Below are positions 1 to 9,483 of a stretch of DNA of 64,000 nucleotides, one piece after another. Made by a program: the position numbers and the translations under genes. Below the pieces are notes generated by a model, which was not told the DNA's origin, searched no databases, and saw only the letters and a program-made list of their open reading frames with translations. The DNA comes from an uncultured Verrucomicrobiae bacterium (GTDB lineage: Bacteria; Verrucomicrobiota; Verrucomicrobiia; Chthoniobacterales; JAFAMB01). Where the stretch lies: positions 352,001-416,000 of the forward strand of contig CAVXLD010000012.1 in the NCBI GenBank assembly GCA_963762565.1. The letters are read 5' to 3'. Numbering within the stretch: position 1 is the first letter of the stretch; every line of letters starts with the position of its first letter.

Positions 1-270
1 TCGGTTTTGGAGGAAACTAATGACGGGTTTGCCATAGCGGAGGCCGATCTTAGATTTCGTGGCCCGGGCGACCTGTTGGGGACCGCTCAAAGCGGCCTTC
101 CTCCGCTGCGAGTGGCCGACCTTCTCCAGGATGCCGACCTCCTGGACGAAGCCCGGGGGATCGCCCGCTCGATATTGGACCTTGACCCGGAACTGCAATC
201 AGCTGGAAATCAGCGTTTCTTGCGTATCGTAAATGAGAGTACAAAAAGGGGGACCACCTTAGCCAGCTAG
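1..270 (+). CDS. recG: ATP-dependent DNA helicase RecG, C-terminal part (5' truncated by window)
   Basis: TRG motif DGFAIAEADLRFRGPGDLLGTAQSG. Confidence 0.9.
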   Translation, partial: SVLEETNDGFAIAEADLRFRGPGDLLGTAQSGLPPLRVADLLQDADLLDEARGIARSILDLDPELQSAGNQRFLRIVNESTKRGTTLAS

Positions 271-282
271 AGTAGGATTAGC

Positions 283-1767
283 ATGAAGAGCTTTTTGAAG
301 TTTCTTGTCTTCGTTCTCTTTCTGGCGCTGGCCATCTCGTTGATCTACGTGTGGCAGACGAAAGCCCCAGGGGTAGGCCAGGCTAAGCCCGAGAAGTTCA
401 CTCCGGCTGAAGGGCCGAAGGTCGACCTAGGCTCAGTCGATATCCTCCAACGTCTAAACGAGGAGTACACCAAGCTCTTCGGTGCGGTTGTGCCCAGCGT
501 GGTGAGCATCACCACAACTAAAACCGTTCAACGAACTCCCGATCCTTTTGAGTTCTTCTTTGGGTTTCCCAATAGCCGATCATCGGGACGGGAAAGAGTC
601 ACTTCCTTAGGATCCGGGTTCGTCGTTTCCAAGGAGGGACACATTGTGACCAATTATCACGTGGTCCAGGGAACGGACGATATTTTGGTGGAACTAAACG
701 ACGGGCGGCAGGCCAAAGCGACTGTGGTCGGTAGCGATCAACAGGTTGATGTAGCGGTTTTAAAAATCAATCTGCCTAACCTGACGCCGCTTCCCCTGGC
801 TGACTCCGATCTGGTCAAGGTCGGCCAGATCGTTTTCGCGATTGGCAATCCGTTTGGTCTCCGTGAAAGCGTGAGCCAAGGTATTATCAGCGCTCGTGAT
901 CGCCGAGGGATTAGCGATAGCTCCGTCGAGTTTTTCCAAACCGATACTGCGATTAATCCCGGCAATTCCGGTGGTCCGTTGGTCGACATCAAGGGAGAGG
1001 TCGTAGGAATCAATTCGGTGATCTATTCGGAGTCGGGTGGGAACCAGGGGGTCGGATTCGCGATCCCGTCCAACCTGGTGCGGCGCACGCTCAAGAGCAT
1101 TATCGAGAAAGGACGAGTCGTAAGGAGCTATCTGGGCGTCTCTGTACAGCAGGTGACGAATGACCAGGCCGAGCAATTCAAACTAGACCCGCCAATCGGC
1201 ACCGTGGTGATCGACGTTGAACCCGGCTCACCCGCTGAGAAGGCTGGTATTATCCGGGGAGATATTATCCAGAAGATTAATGGTCACGAAGTAAGAGACG
1301 CGGCCGCCGTGGGGAATCGGATAGCGGAGACCGATATCGGTTCGACCGTCACGATCGACCTAGTAAGAGAAGGTCAGCCCAAAACGGTTACCGCTCAGAT
1401 CGTTGAGCAACCGGCGCAGGTTGGAACCCGGCTTGGTCGCAATCGTTCTAACGGTCGAAATAACAACAACAACCAGGGTGCAAAAGCGTTCGCCGGGGTT
1501 GAGGTTCGGACCCTCGATTCCCAACTGCGTTCCGAGGCGAACATACCCGACGATACTCAGGGTGTATTTGTGATGAGCGTCGATCCGTCCTCCAAACTTT
1601 CCCAGGAATTGCAAGCCGGCGATGTCATCCAGGCAATCAACAACCAGCCGATCGCCAGCGCCGAAGATTTCCAGAAAATTGCTCAACAACTCGACCCCAA
1701 TCGACCAGTGATCCTGGTGCTTGACCGAGACGGCCAGCAATCTTTCATCGTCGTCCAGCCGGGCTAA
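283..1767 (+). CDS. degP: HtrA/DegP (Do) family serine protease with two PDZ domains
   Basis: N-terminal TM, GSGF, TNYHVV, DVAVLK, INPGNSGGPL, two PDZ-like repeats. Confidence 0.9.
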   Translation: MKSFLKFLVFVLFLALAISLIYVWQTKAPGVGQAKPEKFTPAEGPKVDLGSVDILQRLNEEYTKLFGAVVPSVVSITTTKTVQRTPDPFEFFFGFPNSRSSGRERVTSLGSGFVVSKEGHIVTNYHVVQGTDDILVELNDGRQAKATVVGSDQQVDVAVLKINLPNLTPLPLADSDLVKVGQIVFAIGNPFGLRESVSQGIISARDRRGISDSSVEFFQTDTAINPGNSGGPLVDIKGEVVGINSVIYSESGGNQGVGFAIPSNLVRRTLKSIIEKGRVVRSYLGVSVQQVTNDQAEQFKLDPPIGTVVIDVEPGSPAEKAGIIRGDIIQKINGHEVRDAAAVGNRIAETDIGSTVTIDLVREGQPKTVTAQIVEQPAQVGTRLGRNRSNGRNNNNNQGAKAFAGVEVRTLDSQLRSEANIPDDTQGVFVMSVDPSSKLSQELQAGDVIQAINNQPIASAEDFQKIAQQLDPNRPVILVLDRDGQQSFIVVQPG

Positions 1768-1795
1768 GGCCCGCGGGGCCTCCCGCGGTCCTATT

Positions 1796-1910
1796 ACAAA
1801 TGACAAATGACAGATGACAAATGTAGGGTCCGGGAGCTAGATGCCGTGCTCCAACCCCTAGAGCCGCAGCGTCTCCTAAACGTCAAATTTGTCATCTGTC
1901 ATTTGTCATC
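1796..1910. repeat. Inverted heptamer micro-tandem repeat (CAAATGA/CAGATGA)n ... (TCATTTG/TCATCTG)n
   Basis: tgacaaatgacagatgacaaat (1801-1822) faces atttgtcatctgtcatttgtcatc (1887-1910); same family at 47466-47569. Confidence 0.85.
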
Positions 1911-1979
1911 TCGGCCTAAAGTTGCTGCCATCGGAATCGACAATGTCGTCGATTTCGATGGCAGCAACTTTAGGCCGAG
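1910..1979. repeat. Near-perfect 32-bp-arm hairpin
   Basis: ctcggcctaaagttgctgccatcggaatcgac-aatgtc-gtcgatttcgatggcagcaactttaggccgag, one G.T pair. Confidence 0.9.
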
Positions 1980-2000
1980 CTACGGTGTTTTGTAGATAGT

Positions 2001-2210
2001 ATGAGTCAAGGTTCTGCTGGTAATGTTCTTGCGGCTGTATGCAGCTTTATTATCCCTGGGCTCGGGCAACTGACCCAAGGTAGACTTTTAGCCGCGCTAT
2101 TATGCTTTCTCGGGAGTGGACTCCTCTGGGTAATCACGTTCGGATGGCTGGGGTGGCTCGGACACGTTCTATCCTGTTTCGATGCTGCAGTTTGGCGCCC
2201 GCGGAGGTAG
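2001..2210 (+). CDS. Small membrane protein (PGLGQ motif)
   Basis: 69 aa hydrophobic ORF with SFIIPGLGQ. Confidence 0.7.
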   Translation: MSQGSAGNVLAAVCSFIIPGLGQLTQGRLLAALLCFLGSGLLWVITFGWLGWLGHVLSCFDAAVWRPRR

Positions 2211-2314
2211 GAGTGGCAGGGGGTGGTAGCGTGGTCGGGGTGGCGCGAAGTAATCAGTGAGACAGTAATCAGTTCTAGGAGCTAGGAGGGGTTGTCGTCG
2301 CATGGCCCAGGACT

Positions 2315-2525
2315 GGAGGGGAGCCGCTATGTCGCTAGATAGCTCTGCCAGTTGGCAGCAGGCGGCTCCCGGGAATTTCTCAAGGCGTCGCAGTTCTATT
2401 GGCAGCGTTTTAATCGATTGAGATCGGAAGGCAGCCGATCGGTAATCGCATCCCGCGGGGTTATTCGCGGGAGCCGCTTGCTGCGATGCCGATAGAACTG
2501 CCGAATTGCAAAGCGGCTCCCCTCC
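2315..2525. repeat. REPIN/MITE-like element, family A
   Basis: Terminal IRs GGAGGGGAGCCGCT/AGCGGCTCCCCTCC plus inner IRs GGCGGCTCCCGGGA and its complement. Confidence 0.8.
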
Positions 2526-2678
2526 GGGCGCCGCGCCTGGATGCCGTCCGGTTGTTCTTTGCGGCGGGAACGAGTCCTGCGGGAGCGCCCCTCCTAGCTC
2601 CTAGATTCTAGCTCCTCGCTCCTTACCCTGATTACTGTTTTACTGATCACCGATTACTGAATCGTTGAGGTCCCCAAC

Positions 2679-3752
2679 ATGCAAAAGCTCCACTATCCGC
2701 CCCCTGGTTCGGCGCCCACGGCTGTGACTGTCCCCCCCGGATCGGAAAGCCATCCAACCCAAATCAAACTCATCGAATACGACGCTCACTCTTTCGTGGA
2801 GAAACAGGTGGGTGCAGTGGGCGAGCTCTTGGATTCGCTCGAAAACCAAAAGGTTACCTGGGTAAATGTTGAGGGATTAGGTTCGGTAGACCTGATCCAA
2901 GAGATCGGACGGCTTTTCCAGATCCATCCTCTCGCCATTACGGATATTTTGACTCTTGGCCAGCGGCCGCACGTGGACGCTTACGATCGGCAGATTTTTC
3001 TGTTGCTGCAGATGGTCTACCACGACCAGGAGCTGGAGCTGGTGTTTGCACAGCTCAGTATCCTTATCGGCGAACGCTTTGTGCTTACCTTTCAGGAGGA
3101 GCCAGGCCACGATGTATTTGAGCCGGTACGCAGCCGCCTTCGGGAAGGCGCCGGTAACGCGCGGTTTCTTCGCAATGATTATCTGGCTTATACCCTGATT
3201 GATACCGTCATCGATCATTATTTCCCGGCGGTGGAGAACATTGGTGAAGCGATCGAAGGATTGGAGGAGACACTTCTGGAAAAACCGACCCGGGAGAATC
3301 TCCGGCAAGTGCACGAAATCCGGGGCGCTTTAGCCGTGTTGCGGCGCGCTGTCTGGCCGCAACGCGATGCCCTATTGCGGTTGTGGCATGACGAAAGCGG
3401 CCTGCTTTCCGACCGGACCAAACCGTTTATCCGCGACACCTACGATCATGCGCTGGCGCTGATTGATCTTCTGGAAAGCTATCGGGACGCCACTGTGAAT
3501 TTCATGGAGCTTTACATTTCCGGCGTCACTATGCGCACAAACGAGATCGTCCGGGTTTTGACTGTGATCTCCGCGATCTTCATCCCTCTAACTTTCATTG
3601 CTGGAGTGTACGGGATGAATTTTGACCGGAGTCGCAGTGTATTAAACATGCCGGAACTCGGGTCTCCGATTGGTTATCCGGCCGTTCTGTTACTGATGGC
3701 TGCCGTCGCCGGCTCTATGGTGTTGTATTTTAAGCGGAAACACTGGCTGTAG
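2679..3752 (+). CDS. corA: Magnesium/cobalt transporter CorA
   Basis: C-terminal IFIPLTFIAGVYGMNF and MPEL motifs. Confidence 0.95.
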   Translation: MQKLHYPPPGSAPTAVTVPPGSESHPTQIKLIEYDAHSFVEKQVGAVGELLDSLENQKVTWVNVEGLGSVDLIQEIGRLFQIHPLAITDILTLGQRPHVDAYDRQIFLLLQMVYHDQELELVFAQLSILIGERFVLTFQEEPGHDVFEPVRSRLREGAGNARFLRNDYLAYTLIDTVIDHYFPAVENIGEAIEGLEETLLEKPTRENLRQVHEIRGALAVLRRAVWPQRDALLRLWHDESGLLSDRTKPFIRDTYDHALALIDLLESYRDATVNFMELYISGVTMRTNEIVRVLTVISAIFIPLTFIAGVYGMNFDRSRSVLNMPELGSPIGYPAVLLLMAAVAGSMVLYFKRKHWL

Positions 3753-3783
3753 GGGGAGCGTGCCGGCGTATCGGCGTCATGAG

Positions 3784-3903
3784 GGGAGGGCGCGCGTCCC
3801 CGCGCGCCGTGGAACAGGTCTGCTTCGGTGAAATAGCCCGGCACTTCGATCGGGCCTATAAGGGGCTTCGGTCACAGCGGATCGCGGGGACGCGCTCCCT
3901 CCC
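3784..3903. repeat. REP-like inverted pair, family C
   Basis: gggagggcgcgcgtccccgcgcgccg ... cggatcgcggggacgcgctccctccc; also 16817-16939 and a half copy at 21671. Confidence 0.75.
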
Positions 3904-4298
3904 CACCCAGGGGGCTGACCGTTCCCGGGGGCCCTCCTCAGTGAGCTTTCTGCTCGCTTCTGGGCGTCTTACCCGTTATTCAATTAGAACGTAGCCCGAG
4001 AAGGGTGCTGGCGGCTGGTGGACCCATGGTCTTCCGGTGCTGGCCCGGCGAGCATGGTTTGAGTGCCTTAACCGGTGCTTACCAATCGGCGGAGCTCTTC
4101 TCTAATGTTGAAACACGGAAAATATGCCCAGGCCCGGATGGCTAGCGATAGAACGGTTTGCTGATTCGGCGAATCTCAACCTCGCCACGGCTTTTCGTTG
4201 GCCGGAAGGCAATGACCCGTAAACTATCAAAAGCAGATTAACCAACGCCGGAAGTCTGTCGGCAGCCAAACCGAACCTCTCCATTCCAACCAAACACT

Positions 4299-4550
4299 AT
4301 GTTACACTTCCTTTGGTATATCATAATCGGCTTCATAGCTGGTTTCATCGCAAAATCGGTTATGCACGTTCCAGCGAACTGGATCGCATGTATCATCATC
4401 GGCCTAATCGGATCGATCGTTGGAGGTCTCGTTGCGAGATTGTTCTCCAAACCCGCGGACGGGTCGCCCATTCATCCTGCTGGTCTCATTCTCTCGATTA
4501 TTGGGGCAATTGTCATTTTGTGGGTCGGCGAGCTCGTCCACATCATCTAG
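4299..4550 (+). CDS. GlsB/YeaQ/YmgE (transglycosylase-associated) membrane protein
   Basis: IIIGFIAGFIAK...IGLIGSIVGG...SIIGAIVIL pattern. Confidence 0.85.
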   Translation: MLHFLWYIIIGFIAGFIAKSVMHVPANWIACIIIGLIGSIVGGLVARLFSKPADGSPIHPAGLILSIIGAIVILWVGELVHII

Positions 4551-4657
4551 TTTAGGCGGTTTGCTTTACCACTGCGGCCGCAGTTCCGAGCGGCCGCAGC
4601 GCTGAGTCGCCCGGTCGCCTTGTCGCTTTGTCGCCTTAGGCTCCTCAGCGAATAATC

Positions 4658-4754
4658 AATAGCCGATAGCCAATAGCCGACAGCCGGTGGCTCTGAAACA
4701 GGGACTCAGTCTTCTTTAAAAAATATTGGCTATCGACTATTGGCCATTGGCTAT
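4658..4754. repeat. Inverted heptamer micro-repeat (AATAGCC/GATAGCC)n
   Basis: aatagccgatagccaatagccga ... ttggctatcgactattggccattggctat; related motifs at 50821-50960. Confidence 0.7.
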
Positions 4755-4831
4755 GCCGAACGAGCCTCAGCGAACGAGGCCCAATTTTGCGCTTGCGAAT
4801 CACGGGTCAGAGCATACTTTACGGGCTCCTT

Positions 4832-5041
4832 ATGCCAAAACCGATCTCTCGACGTAAGACGAAAAAGGCGGTAGCCAAGCGCTTTAAAGTGACTGGCACC
4901 GGGAAAGTCCTGCGTAGCCAAGCGGGCCGGCGGCATTTGCTCCAATCCAAGAGCGCCAAGCGGAAACGTCATCTCGCTAAAACTGCGGTCTTGGATCGGA
5001 CAGACGAGGCAAGGATTAAAGAGAATCTTCCTTTTGCTTAA
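4832..5041 (+). CDS. rpmI: 50S ribosomal protein L35
   Basis: MPK...KTKKAVAKRFKVTGTGK...RHLL. Confidence 0.95.
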   Translation: MPKPISRRKTKKAVAKRFKVTGTGKVLRSQAGRRHLLQSKSAKRKRHLAKTAVLDRTDEARIKENLPFA

Positions 5042-5195
5042 CCGCGAAAGAAAGTCTCGCCGCGCGTAGTGACACGGCGGCGGGAGCTGTTGCCCACCTA
5101 CCGAAACTATTTCGGAGACTGACAGGCGAGGTCGGGGGACAGTTGACAATAACAACTGCCTGTCTATGAGGCGCCCGAAACCCGGGCGATAGTGA

Positions 5196-5567
5196 ATGCC
5201 GAGAGCAACCAACGCTCCAGCTAGTAGAGAACGCCGTAAACGAGTCCTGGATAAAGCCAAAGGCTACCGGGGACGGCGCTCCAAACTTTTCCGGTACGCT
5301 AAAGACGCGACCAGGAAGGCCCAGTATTGGGCCTACCGGGACAGAAAAACGCGGAAGCGAAATTTTCGCAATCTGTGGATTCAGCGAATTAATGCAGCTT
5401 GCCGCGACCAGGGAACGACCTATAGCCGGTTCATAGAGGGGCTGGCTGCTGCCAACATCGCGGTTGACCGAAAAACTTTGGCCGATCTCGCCGTGCAGGA
5501 CCCGGCCGCGTTTAAGTCGATTTTCGATCGGGCGGCTGAGGCGCTGCAGAAAAAGCACGCAGCCTAA
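5196..5567 (+). CDS. rplT: 50S ribosomal protein L20
   Basis: KAKGYRGRRSK, YAYRDRK-like WAYRDRK, LWIQRINAA. Confidence 0.97.
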   Translation: MPRATNAPASRERRKRVLDKAKGYRGRRSKLFRYAKDATRKAQYWAYRDRKTRKRNFRNLWIQRINAACRDQGTTYSRFIEGLAAANIAVDRKTLADLAVQDPAAFKSIFDRAAEALQKKHAA

Positions 5568-5657
5568 GCGCGAATTGCGCCCAATCGCATGGGCGCCGAT
5601 TACTGTGCTAGGGTTCAATAGTCGTGGCGCCCATTCGATTTGGGCGCAATTCGCGCT
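5567..5657. repeat. Long hairpin filling the rplT-pheS spacer
   Basis: agcgcgaattgcgcccaatcgcatgggcgcc ... ggcgcccattcgatttgggcgcaattcgcgct. Confidence 0.8.
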
Positions 5658-6671
5658 ATGGAAAACGAACTGGTCAAATTCAAGGAAAGTGCTCTAGCGG
5701 AAATCGAAGGAGCTAAGACTCCAATCGAGCTGGATAGTGTCCGCGTTAAGTATCTGGGCCGCGCCGGTCTTATCTCGAAGCTCAGCGAGAGCATGCGGGA
5801 TGTTCCCAAGGAAGAACGGCCCCGGTTAGGGAAGCTGTTGAATGAGGTTCGATTGACGTTGTCAGGGGCTTTCGAAGCCCGGGCTGAGGCGTTCGCTACC
5901 CAGCACGACTTGGCGGCGATTGAGGATATCGACGAAACTTTACCGGGGACACCTCTACGAATCGGCTCGCTTCATCCGCTAACCCAACTCCAAGATCGTG
6001 CTATTCAGGTGTTCCGCCGTTTAGGATTCGCCTTGGCTGCAGGCCCGGACATTGACACAGAGTGGAATTGCTTTGATGCCCTAAATACTCCGCCGAATCA
6101 TCCGGCCCGCAATGAGACCGATACGTTTTATCTTTTTGATGGGCGTTTGCTCCGGACTCACACCTCGACGGTCCAAATCCGTACAATGTTAGCGGTGCCG
6201 CCGCCGGTGAGGGTGATCGCTCCCGGGGCAGCCTATCGCCGGGATGAAATGGATGCCACCCATCTTAGCCAGTTCAATCAGCTCGAAGGTCTTTATATCG
6301 ACAGGAAAGTGACTGTAGCCGACCTGAAAGGCACACTGGAATATTTTGTGCGCGAACTGCTTGGTTCGCAGGTCGAGACTCGGATGCGCCCGCATTTCTT
6401 TCCCTTCACCGAACCGAGTTATGAATTGGACGTTCGCCTTCCCGGGGTCAATGCCGGACGGTGGATGGAACTCCTGGGTTGCGGGATGGTAGATCCAAAC
6501 GTCCTCGAGAAAGTCAACGAAGGAAGGGGCGATCGCGCCTATGATCCGGAAATTTTCTCGGGATATGCATTCGGCATGGGTCTGGACAGATTGGCGATGG
6601 CCCTCTTTGCTTTGCCCGATATCCGTTTGCTGATCGAAAACGATCAACGGTTCTTAGCCCAATTCTCGTAA
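5658..6671 (+). CDS. pheS: Phenylalanine--tRNA ligase alpha subunit
   Basis: HPAR..DTFY, LLRTHTS, FPFTEPS, GCGMV, GYAFGMGLDRLAM. Confidence 0.97.
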   Translation: MENELVKFKESALAEIEGAKTPIELDSVRVKYLGRAGLISKLSESMRDVPKEERPRLGKLLNEVRLTLSGAFEARAEAFATQHDLAAIEDIDETLPGTPLRIGSLHPLTQLQDRAIQVFRRLGFALAAGPDIDTEWNCFDALNTPPNHPARNETDTFYLFDGRLLRTHTSTVQIRTMLAVPPPVRVIAPGAAYRRDEMDATHLSQFNQLEGLYIDRKVTVADLKGTLEYFVRELLGSQVETRMRPHFFPFTEPSYELDVRLPGVNAGRWMELLGCGMVDPNVLEKVNEGRGDRAYDPEIFSGYAFGMGLDRLAMALFALPDIRLLIENDQRFLAQFS

Positions 6672-9081
6672 TGAAGCTTTCGCTTAACTGGCTCCGAGAG
6701 TACTTGCCGGCGTTAGACCGCTCATCTGAGGAGATCGCGGATGCTCTGACCTTCACCGGAGTTGAGGTCGAAGGTGTCCATGTCCATGGAGCCGGTATTG
6801 AAAAGGTCGTAGTCGCTCAGATTGAATCTTTTCAACCGCATCCCAATGCGGACCGGCTTAGCGTTTGCCGGGTTTGGGACGGTTCCAAGGCACCGAGACA
6901 GATTGTTTGTGGAGCAAAGAATTTTCAGGCCGGAGATAAGGTGCCTTTGGCGTTGCCCGGCGCGGTATTGCCGGATGGGACCAAGATCAAGGCTAGCAAA
7001 CTTCGGGGCGTTGAGTCTGAAGGGATGCTTTGCAGCGAACGAGAACTCGGTTTTTCTGATGAAGCCAGCGGGCTAATGATCCTCGATCCTGGAGCGCCGA
7101 TTGGAGCTGCTTTGGGGGACCTTTTCCCACCTGACACAATTTTTGATCTCAGATAACACCGGATCGGCCGGATCTGTTGAGCTATGTTGGTTTGGCACGT
7201 GAATTAGGCATCATTTTCCAGCTACCCGGTTTTAACCTGCCGGACGCTTCGAGTGCTGGCGTCGCCAAGCCGGTTTCCGATCCCAACCAGGTTCGAATCG
7301 ACGCGCTACAAGCATGCCCATTCGCTGTTTTTCATGAGGTCCGAGACGTTACGGTTGGTCCAAGCCCAGATTGGATGCGTCGTCGGCTCGAAGCCGCCGG
7401 GCTCCGTTCCATCAACAATATTGTCGATGTTACGAACTATGTGATGCTCGAGACAGGGAAGCCGATTCACGCTTACGATTTGAGCAAGCTTGCCTTGCCA
7501 ATCATCATTCGCTTTGCCCGACCCGGAGAAAAGCTGCTTGCCTTGGACGGTAAAACTTACGAGTTGAGCCCACCGCATCTGATTATTGCGGATTCGGCGA
7601 AAGCGATCGGCCTGGGCGGTGTGATGGGCGGAGAAGACACTGGAGTTTCTTCTGGAACGACGACGGTTCTAGTCGAGAGCGCCTATTTCGATCCCGGATT
7701 GACTCGAAGTACCAGCCGGGGATTGGGCTTAATTTCGGATGCGAGTTTTCGATTCGAGAGAGGCGTGGATCCGAAGTCGGTCTTGTTTGCCGCTCAAAGA
7801 GCGGTCCAATTGATTAAAGAGGTCGCCGGTGGTACGGCTTCGACTTCAATTTTGGTGGCCGGGGAAGAGCCAAAGAACGAACGCCAAGTTTTATTCCGGC
7901 CGGAACGCTGCACCGACATTCTCGGCTCAGAAGTGCCCGATGCGACGCTGATTCTTCAGAGAATCGGTCTTGAACCTGCCGCCAAGGATTACTGGAAGAT
8001 TCCCAGCTATCGTCTCGATCTCAGCGCGAGATCGATTTGATCGAAGAAGTGAGCCGGTACTACGGCATCCAGAAGCTTCCCGGTCGCCTGCAAGGAAGCC
8101 CTACGACCAGCTCTCTGATCGATATCGCTCATGATGATGCGATGCTCTGCGCCGTAAACTCGAAGGTCTCGGTCTGGCCGAGGCTCGAACCTTGGTCTTT
8201 CTCGACGAGCCCTCACTGAAGAACGGCCTTGGACCGGTGGGGGAAACGCTGCAATTGCGGAATCCGTTGGCGGAAGATCAACAATGCTCCGCCCGTCTCT
8301 GATACCAGGTTTGTTGCGGGCGGCCAAACGAAACTTGAATGGGGGCGCCCATAGTGTGCCTTGTTCGAACTTGGAAAGGTTTTCGTCCCTATGGACTCGT
8401 CGCGCCATAGTCCCGCGCCCGAGGAGAGGCGGACCTGTCGCGCCGTAGCGAAGCGGAGGCGGAAGAATCGACGAAGCTGGCAATCTTGCTTTCGGGGGAG
8501 AACGCCGTTCCTTCATGGAATCAAACTAGCCGCGGTTACGATTTGTTCGATGCCAAGGGCATTTTGGAGACGGTTTACGGTTCTGGTCTTCAAACCCAGC
8601 GGATTGTTCCAATGATCTCGCCGCCCTAATTTGCGAGCTGGTCTCTAACGGTCGTAGGATCGGATATCTGGGATTGGTCAGGCCGCGTCAAGCACGTGAA
8701 ATGGGGGCAAAAAGCGCGGTGGTCCTTGCTGAGGTCCAATTACCGACCGCAGCAGCTGGTTCGGCTTTCAAGCTCAAGCCGCTTCAGCGATTCCCTGCGG
8801 TTACGCGCGACATCGCTTTCGTGGCGCCGCGGTCGATGCATTGGGGAGAAGTGGTTGCGACACTGAATTCGGCGGAGAATCGTTATTGGTCGATGTCCAG
8901 GTTTTCGATCTTTTTATCGATCCCAGCGGGCAAAAAGTGCCGGCCAATAAAAAATCATTGGCCTGCAGTTTGACTTATCGGCTGCTGATCGGACCTGACC
9001 CAAGATGAAGTAAACGAGGTTCATCAGCGATTGAAGAAACGGTTGGTTGATGAGCTCGGTGTGAATTTACCAGAAGGATAG
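6671..9081 (+). CDS. pheT: Phenylalanine--tRNA ligase beta subunit, split by several frameshifts (probable sequencing indels)
   Basis: MKLSLNWLREY, HPNADRL, IVCGAKN, SEGMLCS, INNIVDVTNYVMLETG, RFERGVD, LFELGKVF, RFPAVTRDIAF across successive frames. Confidence 0.93.
8394..8463 (+). repeat. Two tandem copies of dispersed repeat family E inside pheT
   Basis: gacctgtcgcgccgtagcgaagcggaggcgga (8432-8463) is 28/32 identical to the reverse complement of intergenic 46416-46447; related copy at 32515-32546. Confidence 0.75.
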
Positions 9082-9160
9082 TTCTTTAAAAACGTAGACG
9101 CGTTCCGTTCCGCGATGGCGGCGGAAACAACTTTGCCCTGCGGTGCTCGGGATTTAAGGC

Positions 9161-9312
9161 AATTGCCCCAGCCCCGATATAAATATCCCAAGGAGGCTAG
9201 GTCGTGCGCGGTTAATGACAGGCCTTGATTGGAAGTCAGAAACGTGCCGGCGGTGATCCACCCTTGCTAAGGGGAATGGGAGCTTCGCCTAATCGGCATT
9301 AGTGGGGCAACT
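9161..9312 (+). ncRNA. ssrS: 6S RNA (ssrS) candidate
   Basis: ~150-nt rod: ttgcccca/tggggcaa closing stem, ccgat/atcgg, unpaired central bubble, tccca/tggga, caagg/ccttg, gcgcg/cgtgc, tgac/gtca; lies just downstream of pheT; no ORF. Confidence 0.55.
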
Positions 9313-9318
9313 TATACG

Positions 9319-9360
9319 ATAGGCGCCTCATTGTTCTACAAAGGCGCCTATGGTCTTTTT
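9319..9360 (+). terminator. Hairpin plus T-tract after the ncRNA candidate
   Basis: ataggcgcct-N-aggcgcctat followed by ggtcttttt. Confidence 0.5.
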
Positions 9361-9380
9361 GGGTTCACGGTTCGCAGTTC

Positions 9381-9483
9381 ACGGTCGGATCTGGCCGGGT
9401 GCCGGCTCATTACGAGCACTCGATCGCTCAGCAGGATCGCTTCGTCCACGTCGTGGGTGACAAACACAATGGTCATCTTCAAG
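9381..9483 (-). pseudogene. Remnant of an ABC transporter ATPase (TauB/SsuB-like H-loop region)
   Basis: Minus strand reads [29 protein letters not shown]; no Walker A or signature motif nearby. Confidence 0.7.

Noticed and set aside
6671..9081. pheT (also tilS, yceI, kdgK-like, GT2, coxE, MutS-like) as pseudogenes or programmed frameshifts
   Set aside because: Essential genes are affected and shifts are scattered through the window, which fits sequencing indels better.
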